The position numbers and the translations under genes are program-made. A DNA stretch of 64,000 nt. It comes from an uncultured delta proteobacterium. GTDB taxonomy: Bacteria > Desulfobacterota > RBG-13-43-22. The stretch covers positions 74,599 through 138,598 of the forward strand of contig CAWAKF010000050.1 in the NCBI GenBank assembly GCA_963782435.1, given 5' to 3'. The number at the start of each line of letters is the position of its first letter. The first letter of the stretch is position 1. The notes beneath the pieces are model-generated. The model searched no databases. It was not told the origin of the DNA and was given only the letters and a program-made list of their open reading frames with translations. Of the stretch, positions 19,789-28,693 are shown piece by piece.

Positions 19789-19989
19789 TTAAAGCTTACG
19801 AACATTCTCAGCAGCAGGACCCTTAGCACCTTGGACAACATCGAAACTGACACGATCACCCTCGGCCAGCGATTTAAAACCTTCCCCCTGAATCGCGGAA
19901 TGATGGACGAATGCATCCTTGCCACCGTCCTGCTCGATGAAACCAAATCCCTTTGCATCGTTAAACCATTTAACTTTTCCTTCTGGCAT
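19789..19989 (-). CDS. cspA: cold-shock protein (CspA family)
   Basis: 66 aa: [33 protein letters not shown]... with RNP1 and RNP2 motifs. SD GGGAGG upstream. Confidence 0.95.
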   Translation of the reverse strand: MPEGKVKWFNDAKGFGFIEQDGGKDAFVHHSAIQGEGFKSLAEGDRVSFDVVQGAKGPAAENVRKL

Positions 19990-20043
19990 CTTTAACCCTC
20001 CCTTGTTTTGTTTCTCTGTCGAGACATTTGTAATAGCGAGGTA

Positions 20044-20072
20044 AGTATGAATAATTCTTTCTGGAAATGCAA
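20044..20072 (-). promoter_or_regulatory. candidate sigma70 promoter of csp
   Basis: Minus strand reads TTGCAT-N17-CATACT, about 55 nt upstream of the csp ATG. Confidence 0.4.
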
Positions 20073-20123
20073 GAAGGTTATCATCAATCTCTCCGAGTGC
20101 TTGATATTTCTTTATCCGATGCC

Positions 20124-20360
20124 TTATTCGTCATCGCCTATCTCTCTCAGGGCCTCTCGTTGTTTTTTTAGGGGAGACGAGAGAGTATCCTCTATAAGAG
20201 TGACATGGTGGGTTACGTTCAAATTGATCCTATATCCTTTGATGATATAACTGTCCTCAGAATCAACATTATACTGCTGTAGGGCTTCCAACAGATCATC
20301 CCTGGTTCCATAGATCCCTTCCACTTCACCATTCATAATGAAAAAATATTCTTCTTCCAT
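20124..20360 (-). CDS. hypothetical protein
   Basis: 78-aa acidic ORF with GGTGA upstream. No motif recognised. Confidence 0.5.
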   Translation of the reverse strand: MEEEYFFIMNGEVEGIYGTRDDLLEALQQYNVDSEDSYIIKGYRINLNVTHHVTLIEDTLSSPLKKQREALREIGDDE

Positions 20361-20633
20361 CTTCTTTTCACCGCCTATCGTTTGAGGTTATCAATAAGAA
20401 ACGTATAACCTTGACAATTAGATCTCATTGTCTGTCTAATTTTCTAAAATATCAAGCTATTCTTACAGATGATTACCGATTGAACCATTCCATTCTATTC
20501 AAGAGGGAGGTTTGAGGACTACAGGAAGCACTATCAGGCCGTCCTATGTTTTTTTGATGAAGTCCCGATTAACTCCCCAGAGCCGCCTAAAGAAAAAAGA
20601 AATTTATAAGTTGGAAGAGCCGTTTATTAAAAA

Positions 20634-22073
20634 TCATGCTATTGGCGGTCTTCTATTTGTCCAAGGCCTTGCCTTTTCAAGTTGTGCGGCTAATCGAAAA
20701 AGCGTGGCTTCATCACCGAACCGACCGACAAAATGTAAACCGATGGGAAGGCCATCCTGGGTCCAAAAGAGGGGAATCGACATGGCCGGTTGACCCGTGA
20801 TATTCTGCAAAGGTGTAATGGGTGCAAATGCACTGATACGATCCCATGCGTCTGAGGGAACTTCGCCCTCCCGAACATCAAAGGTTCCAATAGGCACTGG
20901 CGGTTGTGCCAGAACAGAAGTCAGCATCACGTCGTATTTCTGATGGAAGGCAGCGAGTTCCCGAGTCAGGCGTTGGGTCAGAATAATAGAACGCAAATAT
21001 TCCGAAGCCGTATACTTTCGTCCCTGTTCGTATAAAAACCAGGTTAATGGCTCAAAAAAATCGGGTTGAGGGGAGATCCCGGCGACCTGCATGATCATGT
21101 CAATGGTCGAAGCGCAACCAGCGTGCCAGACCGTAATAAACGCCTGCGTTAGAGCTTCTGTTTCTATGGTTAATTCAGGTGCCGCCTCTTCAACCACATG
21201 ACCCAGACTTTCGAGAAGTCTGGCTGTTTCTTCCACGGCCTGTTTACAGTCAGGATGGACAAATTCTTCCATAGTGGAATTCAAGGAATAGGCGATATGC
21301 AATTGCCCAGGATCGGTTCCAACCTCCCGAAGGAAAGGCCTCTGCTGAGGAGGTGCCCAGTAGGGATCGCCGCTGACCGGTCCTGCGGTTACATCGAGTA
21401 TAGCCGCACTGTCTCTCACCGATCGGGTAAGAACATGTTCACAAACCAGACCGGAGAGCATGTCACCGAAATCCGGGCTCAATGAATTGCGTGCCCTCGT
21501 TGGTTTTAATCCGAATACACCACAACAAGAAGAGGGGATTCGTATGGAACCACCTCCGTCGTTCCCATGAGCTATAGATACCATCCCAGAGGCTACTGCA
21601 GCGGCTGCCCCACCACTGGAACCACCGGTAGATCTCTGTAGATTCCAGGGATTCCGTGTTGGGCCGAAAAGCTTGGGTTCAGTAGTGGGTATCAATCCTA
21701 ACTCAGGGGTATTGGTTTTTCCCAATATGATTAAGCCGGCTTTTTTATATCGAATGGTCAGTTCACTGTCATGGTCCGGAATATAGTTTTTCAATAATGC
21801 CGTGCCCATGGACATCGGAATGCCCCCCAAGGTGGCGCCAATATCTTTCATGAGAAACGGTACTCCTCTAAAAGGTCCTGGCGGAATATCGCCGGATGCG
21901 GTTTTTCTGGCCTGTTCAAATATGGGGGTGATTACTGCATTTAATTTCGGATTTAACTGTTCTATAAGCCTAATAGAGTTGTCTACTAATTCCAAAGGTG
22001 TGATCTCCTTGTTTCTGATCAGGTCCGCCTGGGCCGTGGCGTCCAGCCAGCATAATTCATTTATTTTTGTCAT
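20634..22073 (-). CDS. amidase (amidase-signature family)
   Basis: 479 aa with the AS motif GGSSGGAAAAVASG. SD GGAGG upstream. Confidence 0.9.
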   Translation of the reverse strand: MTKINELCWLDATAQADLIRNKEITPLELVDNSIRLIEQLNPKLNAVITPIFEQARKTASGDIPPGPFRGVPFLMKDIGATLGGIPMSMGTALLKNYIPDHDSELTIRYKKAGLIILGKTNTPELGLIPTTEPKLFGPTRNPWNLQRSTGGSSGGAAAAVASGMVSIAHGNDGGGSIRIPSSCCGVFGLKPTRARNSLSPDFGDMLSGLVCEHVLTRSVRDSAAILDVTAGPVSGDPYWAPPQQRPFLREVGTDPGQLHIAYSLNSTMEEFVHPDCKQAVEETARLLESLGHVVEEAAPELTIETEALTQAFITVWHAGCASTIDMIMQVAGISPQPDFFEPLTWFLYEQGRKYTASEYLRSIILTQRLTRELAAFHQKYDVMLTSVLAQPPVPIGTFDVREGEVPSDAWDRISAFAPITPLQNITGQPAMSIPLFWTQDGLPIGLHFVGRFGDEATLFRLAAQLEKARPWTNRRPPIA

Positions 22074-22152
22074 TTTTTCCTCCTTTTTTTGACATTGGAT
22101 AATAAATTAAAGATATTTGAACATTTGATAAGAATTCTATTTTTGATGGATT

Positions 22153-22181
22153 AGTATAAGGAAGGAAGAATATGCGGTCAA
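22153..22181 (-). promoter_or_regulatory. sigma70-like promoter of the amidase gene
   Basis: Minus strand reads ttctccTTGACC-N17-TATACT, about 75 nt upstream of the ATG at 22073. Confidence 0.55.
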
Positions 22182-22351
22182 GGAGAATAAAATGGCAAAC
22201 GGTAAAAGGTGAGAGGTCGAGTGATCCATGGATACTCCGAAATCCTGATCAGAGTCATTCTCATTGAATGGAAAGTGGGAATCCGAGTAGTCTATCTGAA
22301 GTTCGATGTCATTGGGTTTGGGTGGGGTTTCTGGTTGAGTTGCTCTATTGA

Positions 22352-24078
22352 GTTGAGTGGGACGAAGGAATCTCACCCCCACGCTCTCCGAGAACTGGAC
22401 GTGACAGTCTCCCGTCATCCAGCTCCTATTGTCCAGCCTTAACATGAGAAAGCTGCCAATGGGCAAAAAGTCCCGGTTGCCTATGCATTATGCCCTGCAA
22501 CCAAAGAAAAGCCCGCCGCTTGTGCCCCCTCAATCTTTTGTATTTCCGAGAGGCCCACTGAACCAGAATGTTGTTCAGGTATTGAAAGGTCCGGTAAAGG
22601 GCTGACTTGCGGTAGCGTCCGTAGTAGTTGATCCATCCCCTTAATGCCGGGTTGACCATCTGGGCCAGTTCATCCAGAGATTTATCCGTGCGTCGGTGCA
22701 GTTTCCATTGCCTCATGGCATCGCCTATCGATTTTGTGGCTTTGTTGCTGATTGCAGGATTAAATCCGATGAAAAATACACCCTGGGGATTTTTCGCTTC
22801 CCGAGGCCGAAACGTATAGCCCAGGAAATTAAACTCCTGCTCAGGATATTCCCCTCGCCGATTATCATCCATACAGTAGACAATCTTCGTCTTCTGCGAA
22901 TTTAACTCCAACCCACATTCCGCCAATCGCCCTTCAATCTCCTTCCGAAGCCCTTCTGCTTTGTCTTTGCTCCGACAGTGGCAAATCACATCATCGGCAT
23001 ACCGCTCGAAAGGAATCCGAGGATACTTCCTCTTCATCCACCTATCGAACGTATAATGTAAAAAGAGATTCGCCAGCAAGGGGCTGATCACTCCTCCTTG
23101 CGGTGTCCCCTTGTCCCGATGAATCAGGCTGCCATCCCCTAATTGCACCGGAACCTTCAGCCATCTTTCGATGTTGAGAAGAACCCATTTGCAATCGGTA
23201 TGTTTCCTTACCGCCCGCATCAAAAGACCGTGGTCGATATTGTCAAAGAAACCCTTGATGTCCAGATCAAGAACCCAGTCGTATCGCCAGCACCGCTGTC
23301 GTCCAACCCCTATGGCCTCAATCGCAGACTTCTTTGGCCGATACCCATAAGAGTCCGGATGGAAATGCTCTTCCAAAATCGGCTCCAGGTATCGTTTGAC
23401 TACCGTCTGGGCAATGCGATCTGCCACCGTTGGTATACCCAGCGGCCGCGTCCCCCCATTATCCTTTGGTATATCGACCCGACGTACCGGTGGTGGGAAA
23501 TAGCTCCCTGAGGACATCCGATTCCAGATCTTGAAAAGGTTGTCTTTCAAACCCTCTTCAAACTCTGCAATGGATTGCCCATCTACTCCAGCCGCTCCTT
23601 GGTTCGCCTTAACCCGTTTATAGGCCTCCCAGACTTCCCATTTTGAAATACAAAATGGCTTTGTTTTATCCACCAGGTTCCTCCCATTTCTGGTTGACCT
23701 GCAAATAAAGCCAGACAACACAGCCCCTTCGGTCCAGTTCCATTACAGAACCTTCCTCCCTACTACAGGCTGTTCCGCCCCCGTGCCCCGCATCGGTACT
23801 CTCATTCTTGTGGTTTCCTCCACTTGAATTTCTCCCTTAACATCGGGACAACAGGTTCCCACATTCCACACCTGAGCCTGGATCAGGTTCGCGCTACCTT
23901 TATGCCGGATGCCGCCCAGGCAGTAAACAGGTTTCTCCTGGACTGATCCCGGAGTTCCGTAAGCCCCCGGTTCTGACATCATCTATTCATTTCGACACCT
24001 CAGAAGTAGTTCGCTTCCGCTCGCCTCCCTGATCTTTACCTGACAGGGTCGTTGCCCTGCCTTTTCCTTAACGCTCAC
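22352..24078 (-). mobile_element. full-length group II intron (compact, class C-like)
   Basis: 5' end GUGAGCG at 24078. The RT ORF sits in DIV. A canonical DV lies at 22391-22425 (AGC triad, 2-nt bulge, GAGA loop). DVI has a bulged A and a 3' ...CUCAAC ending at 22352. Confidence 0.85.
22426..23673 (-). CDS. group II intron reverse transcriptase/maturase (no endonuclease domain)
   Basis: RT blocks include GAAGVDGQS, PKDNGGTRPLGIPTVADR and YADDVICHC. An X/thumb domain follows, and the protein then ends. I prefer the GTG at 23673 (GGGAGG 6 nt upstream); the track start is 23721. Confidence 0.9.
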   Translation of the reverse strand: MDKTKPFCISKWEVWEAYKRVKANQGAAGVDGQSIAEFEEGLKDNLFKIWNRMSSGSYFPPPVRRVDIPKDNGGTRPLGIPTVADRIAQTVVKRYLEPILEEHFHPDSYGYRPKKSAIEAIGVGRQRCWRYDWVLDLDIKGFFDNIDHGLLMRAVRKHTDCKWVLLNIERWLKVPVQLGDGSLIHRDKGTPQGGVISPLLANLFLHYTFDRWMKRKYPRIPFERYADDVICHCRSKDKAEGLRKEIEGRLAECGLELNSQKTKIVYCMDDNRRGEYPEQEFNFLGYTFRPREAKNPQGVFFIGFNPAISNKATKSIGDAMRQWKLHRRTDKSLDELAQMVNPALRGWINYYGRYRKSALYRTFQYLNNILVQWASRKYKRLRGHKRRAFLWLQGIMHRQPGLFAHWQLSHVKAGQ

Positions 24079-24665
24079 CACCATGGCTCTTGACCATAGC
24101 AGCTCATACCGACTTTCTTTCCCTTTACCCCCCTTCTTTACTCCTTCTACTTCTTCCATGGTAACACCCCTTTCTCCCTCTCAGGAGTGTCACCCTTTTT
24201 ACCCTTCTTCTTTATCTCATGATCTGGTAGTTAGCTCACCTTTCAAAATATACCAGCTATGGGTAAATCATACTGTTGCCGTTTTTAAATCCAAAGAATA
24301 TCAAGTATTTTCATTTATTACCATTTGAAGTCTCCCATTTTATCCAAAAGGGAAATTTGAGGATTTCAGGAAGGTTTACGTACTATAATAATCTGCATCT
24401 CTAAAAAAACCGTCTCCCCCAAGTTTTTCTCCAACACATTCTGCTTTTGGTCAAGGACATGACCGATATTGAGGGATATTGGATTGAAGGTTTGAAACGT
24501 AATGGTCTGGTAGAGACGGATGTATAGATAATTAGTTGCAGGAAGGCAGGATGGCGGGCAGTTGACTCTCAAAAGGTCATTTCCGTATTTCCAGATGGGA
24601 GTTTCACAACTCAGGCCCCCAAATTACCGTGAAGGCAACGGGGACCTGAGTGATAGTAATTCTGT

Positions 24666-27020
24666 CTATTGAGTCGCCAGAGCGACTCGTACCTGTTGCT
24701 CCGCGGATACGACCTGCTCCGCTCTGGCTGGTGCCAGGTCGATCTGAACCCAGTTTACCCGACCACTAAAGCGGTTGCCCGAGACCCGAAAATCAGAGCA
24801 GATAGGCCCACCGGTCTTGTCGCCGACCATCAACCGGGCATCACCGGCGAAGGCCATTGTAAGGGTACGTTCAACCCTTCCTTCCGCTACCTTCTTGGCA
24901 TCGACAAACAGGGAAACCGTCCCCCCTTTGCCCACGCCACCACCGTCATAGGCGAACTCCATTCGGATCAGATGGCCGCCGGGGGATAACAGATCAGGGT
25001 CCTGCACCATATAAAGCTCCATACCGGCACAATTGTAAACGTAGGTGAGCTTACCCTCCTTGGCATAAAGGGCCCAACCGCCAAAATTAGCTCCTTCGGC
25101 AACGATGACTCCGCGGGCGCCCGCGACGGACACTTCCACTTCCGCCGTAACCAAATGGGTCCTGTTTTTGATGCTGACCACGGAGTGGACGTTTAAGGCG
25201 CTTCCCGGCAAGAGACGTTGAGAACGCGCCTCAATCAGTCTCGGTCGCCCGGATATTCTGGGGCTGAATCGTTCCCCGCGCCGGTCGTCTAAGGGTAAAA
25301 CATCGTGACGAGCGGCCTCGATCAGCCACAACCTCTGCAGTTCGTGCAGTTTTTCCGGATATTGCTTGGCCAGGTCTTCGGCCTGGGTCCAATCTTTGGT
25401 CGTATCATAAAGTTCCCAGTTATCGTCGTCAAAGGCCGGGCGCTGAGATTGATCCCAGGGCAGACCGTGCCTGGTCACCGCAGTCCAGCCTTTGTAGTAG
25501 ATCCCCCGGTTTCCGAACATCTCGAAATACTGAACTTCGTGCCGGTCCGGGGCTTCGGCTTCGTCAAAGGAATAGAGCATGCTAACCCCTTCCAGGGGTT
25601 TCTGCTGCACCCCGTCTACAGAGATCGGCTCAGGGATGCCTGCCGCCTCCAAGATAGTGGGCACGATATCGATGACATGATGGAATTGAGCCCGTATCTC
25701 CCCTTTGGCCGTTATCCCCTTGGGCCAATGCACCACTGTGCCGTTGCGTGTCCCGCCCCAATGGGAGGCGATCTGTTTAGTCCACTGGTAGGGCGTGTCC
25801 ATAGCATGGGCCCAACCGGCGGCGTAGTGATTATAGGCGTCGTGGCCGCCCCAATCGTCCAGACGCTTGATCAAGTACTCCGGGGTCTCAATGTCTTCCA
25901 TACCGTTGAAGTGTAGCATCTCACTAAAGGTCCCGTTGATACCACCCTCGGCCGAGGCGCCGTTATCGCCGATGATGTAGTAGACCAGGGTGTTGTCTAA
26001 AACACCCAGCCCGGCAATAGCGTCCACCAGCCTCCCGATATGGAAGTCGGTGTATTCAAAGAAGCCCGCATAGACCTCCATCTGCCGGCCTAACACCGGC
26101 TTGAGAGCCTCCGGCATTTCCTCCCAGGCAGGGATCTCAGCCGGACGTTTGGTGAGCTGGGCCTCCGGAGGGATCACCCCGAGTTCTTTCTGCCGGGCAA
26201 AGGTGCGTTCCCGCAGCTTGTCCCAGCCGTCGTCGAACTGATCCCGGTATCTGTCGGCCCATTCTTTCGGTACATGGTGAGGGGCATGGGTAGCCCCCGG
26301 CGAAAAGTAAATAAAAAAAGGTTTGTCCGGGGCCAGGGACTTCTGGGCATTCACCCACTGGATGGCCTGATCGGTCATGTCAGCCATAAAATGGTACTCG
26401 GGGTCGTCGGAGGTAGGGACAGGCGTAATCCCGTCATATATTTCAGGGTACCACTGGTTGTTTTCTCCGGCCAGAAAACCGTAGAACTTTTCGAAGCCGC
26501 TGCCGGTGGGCCAATGGTCGAAGGGACCGACAGGGCTGGTTTCCCAAACGGGTACCTCATGGCACTTTCCGAACTGGGCCGTCGAGTAACCGTTGTACTT
26601 GAGGACCTTGGCGATACTGGCTGCCGTGTTCGGAATCGAGGAAGTCGATCCGGGAGCTGCGGTAGCCAGTTCGGTGATCCCGGCCATCCCCACGCTATGG
26701 TGGTTACGCCCGGTTAGCAGTGCGGCGCGGGTGGGTGAGCAAAGGGCAGTAGTATGAAAACGGTTGTACTTCAACCCCCCGGCGGACAGCTTCTCGGCAG
26801 CCGGTGTCTTACAAGGTCCGCCGAAGGCGCTCGACGCACCGAAGCCGACATCGTCAAGGAGTATGATGAGCACGTTTGGGGCCTCGGCCGGTGGGCGAAT
26901 TGGTTTGATGGGCGGGAACTTCGCTTCCGGGTCCTTGGCATCATAAAGGACCGTCCCCAGATACGGACGATGGGGTATGGGTAGGACCGTACGTTGAATC
27001 GTGTCGCGTTTGGTTGTCAT
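24666..27020 (-). CDS. arylsulfatase (Cys-type, no signal peptide)
   Basis: 784 aa with the formylglycine motif CSPTRAALLTGR and the metal site LLDDVGFG. SD GGAGG upstream of the ATG at 27020. Confidence 0.9.
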   Translation of the reverse strand: MTTKRDTIQRTVLPIPHRPYLGTVLYDAKDPEAKFPPIKPIRPPAEAPNVLIILLDDVGFGASSAFGGPCKTPAAEKLSAGGLKYNRFHTTALCSPTRAALLTGRNHHSVGMAGITELATAAPGSTSSIPNTAASIAKVLKYNGYSTAQFGKCHEVPVWETSPVGPFDHWPTGSGFEKFYGFLAGENNQWYPEIYDGITPVPTSDDPEYHFMADMTDQAIQWVNAQKSLAPDKPFFIYFSPGATHAPHHVPKEWADRYRDQFDDGWDKLRERTFARQKELGVIPPEAQLTKRPAEIPAWEEMPEALKPVLGRQMEVYAGFFEYTDFHIGRLVDAIAGLGVLDNTLVYYIIGDNGASAEGGINGTFSEMLHFNGMEDIETPEYLIKRLDDWGGHDAYNHYAAGWAHAMDTPYQWTKQIASHWGGTRNGTVVHWPKGITAKGEIRAQFHHVIDIVPTILEAAGIPEPISVDGVQQKPLEGVSMLYSFDEAEAPDRHEVQYFEMFGNRGIYYKGWTAVTRHGLPWDQSQRPAFDDDNWELYDTTKDWTQAEDLAKQYPEKLHELQRLWLIEAARHDVLPLDDRRGERFSPRISGRPRLIEARSQRLLPGSALNVHSVVSIKNRTHLVTAEVEVSVAGARGVIVAEGANFGGWALYAKEGKLTYVYNCAGMELYMVQDPDLLSPGGHLIRMEFAYDGGGVGKGGTVSLFVDAKKVAEGRVERTLTMAFAGDARLMVGDKTGGPICSDFRVSGNRFSGRVNWVQIDLAPARAEQVVSAEQQVRVALATQ

Positions 27021-28428
27021 TTTGCCTCCTATTTTTGATTTCAGAATACTTGATCAGACCGAACATGGCCCGGGCGCATTCGCTAGGACTATTATACATA
27101 GGGATCCTGGCGATTCTCAATATTTCAGTCACCGCCTCCGAAACAAACCATCTTTGCGTCAAAACCGGTTTATTGTACTTTTGGGGTATTTGACAGAAGA
27201 GATCAAAGGCCGTCATCATGGCCTTTTTCTGTTCAAAGAAGGAAGGGGAACTGTAATTTCGGTCTGTCGGTACATTGGTGATAACCCCGTCGATATAATC
27301 AAAGGAAGCCAGCATTTCAGCCATACGAACCTCCTCCATCGTTTCCGAACCTCCGGCGGCAAAATCCACCGGATTCTTGGGCGTCGGAGCGTGGGGAGGC
27401 AAGAGCTTCCCGATTTTTAATTTATCCTCCTCGGTGAATTCAGGGGCATCAATTCCTAAAGAGGCCAAGGCATCCATGAGGGCAACCCCTTGCCCGCCGC
27501 TGCCGATAATGGCTATTCTTTTACCTCGAGGTAAGGGCTGGGTGATCAAGGCCTCGGCCATGACAAAAAGGTGTTCGATTTCAGATACCCTGATCACTCC
27601 GGTTTGTTTGCATACGGCATCAAAAATTTCATCATCACCGGCAATGGAAGCAGTATGCGACAGGGTCGCTCTAGCCCCCAAACGAGTGGATCCGCCCTTA
27701 AAGATCAGTATAGGCTTTATTTTTGAAGCCTTCATCGCCGAATCAAAGAATCTTCGGCCGTCCTTCATCCCCTCCACATATATGGCAATAACCCTGGTAT
27801 CGTCATCCTGCACCAGATAATCAAGATAGTCGGCAATCTTAAGATCGGCCTGGTTACCGATACTGACGAATTTACTCAGACCGAATCCCTTTAAAGTGGC
27901 GGCCATCGTGGCATAACCTCCAAAGGTGCCGCTTTGGCTGATAAAACCCAAGCCGCCCGGTAACGGCTGAGGCATGGACCAGGCGTTTAAGCCGACCGCT
28001 GAAGTCCAAATACCGTTCCCGTTGGGACCGACAAATCGAAGCCCCCCGGAACGAGCGATTCGGGTGGTCTCTTCTTCCAGGGCCCTTCCTTCCTCACCCG
28101 TTTCGGCAAAATCCGCCGAAATAATGACTCCGCCTTTTATCCCCTTCTTTATACATTTTTGCATGACCCCCGGCATCTGAGAGGCCTTTACAGTAAATAT
28201 AGCCAGATCAACAGGATCCGGTATTTCAAGAACGTCGGCATAGGCGGTGAGCCCGGAAATTTTTGTTTCCTTCGGGTTTACCGGATAGATCCTGCCCCGA
28301 TAATCAGAGGAAAGGATCTGACTGATAATCCGGCCTCCCCACTTACTCACCGTATTACTGGCTCCGATAATCGCTATCGATTTTGGTTTAAAAATGGGAT
28401 CAAGTTGTTCAACTATATCTTTGGCCAT
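26941..28428 (-). CDS. NDP-forming acyl-CoA synthetase, alpha-type (CoA-binding) protein
   Basis: The true start is MAKDIVEQLDPIFKPKSIAIIGAS at 28428 (SD GGAGA). The 80 N-terminal codons of the track ORF are a read-through of repeat R2. The 3' tail overlaps the sulfatase gene by 80 nt. Confidence 0.85.
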   Translation of the reverse strand: MAKDIVEQLDPIFKPKSIAIIGASNTVSKWGGRIISQILSSDYRGRIYPVNPKETKISGLTAYADVLEIPDPVDLAIFTVKASQMPGVMQKCIKKGIKGGVIISADFAETGEEGRALEEETTRIARSGGLRFVGPNGNGIWTSAVGLNAWSMPQPLPGGLGFISQSGTFGGYATMAATLKGFGLSKFVSIGNQADLKIADYLDYLVQDDDTRVIAIYVEGMKDGRRFFDSAMKASKIKPILIFKGGSTRLGARATLSHTASIAGDDEIFDAVCKQTGVIRVSEIEHLFVMAEALITQPLPRGKRIAIIGSGGQGVALMDALASLGIDAPEFTEEDKLKIGKLLPPHAPTPKNPVDFAAGGSETMEEVRMAEMLASFDYIDGVITNVPTDRNYSSPSFFEQKKAMMTAFDLFCQIPQKYNKPVLTQRWFVSEAVTEILRIARIPMYNSPSECARAMFGLIKYSEIKNRRQNDNQTRHDSTYGPTHTPSSVSGDGPL

Positions 28429-28524
28429 CGATTCTCCTAAAAAAAATAAGTCACCATACCTCCGGCAGAGCCGGAGGCTTGAAAATATTAGCCCCTCAAA
28501 GGGGCTCAAAAATAAACCCCCAAA

Positions 28525-28625
28525 CCTTTTTAGGTCGTCTCCCCGGCATAAGCCGGGGTCCAGGGTTTTCGTTAGTCCGGAAAAACTCCTGGATTCCGGC
28601 TTTCGCCGGAATGACGGTCCGGAGG
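28525..28625. repeat. double-hairpin REP/MITE-like element, copy R2
   Basis: Sequence: gtcgtcTCCCCGGcataaGCCGGGGtccagg...ctggaTTCCGGctttcGCCGGAAtgac. It lies in the 265-nt gap between two minus-strand genes. Confidence 0.8.
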
Positions 28626-28693
28626 TTGATTCATTTTCGAAGAATATCTCTGCCGGGGGATTCCCCAAAAGGAATTATCCACAGCATAATGGA

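Noticed and set aside
22137-22466. 109-aa minus-strand ORF
   Set aside because: It starts inside intron DV/DVI, crosses the 3' splice site and runs through the amidase promoter. The open frame is fortuitous.
22426-23721. Retron or defence-associated RT interpretation of the reverse transcriptase
   Set aside because: The RT is embedded in a recognisable group II intron RNA: DV with an AGC triad and GNRA loop, DVI with a branch A, and a GUGAGCG 5' end. Two more copies of that RNA are present in the window.
23743-23982. 79-aa minus-strand ORF
   Set aside because: It lies within intron domains I-III (structured RNA conserved in the ORF-less copies) and has no RBS.
28429-28668. 80-codon N-terminal extension of ORF 26941..28668
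   Set aside because: The extension is a translation of REP-like repeat R2. A strong SD plus ATG at 28428 begins the conserved CoA-binding domain.
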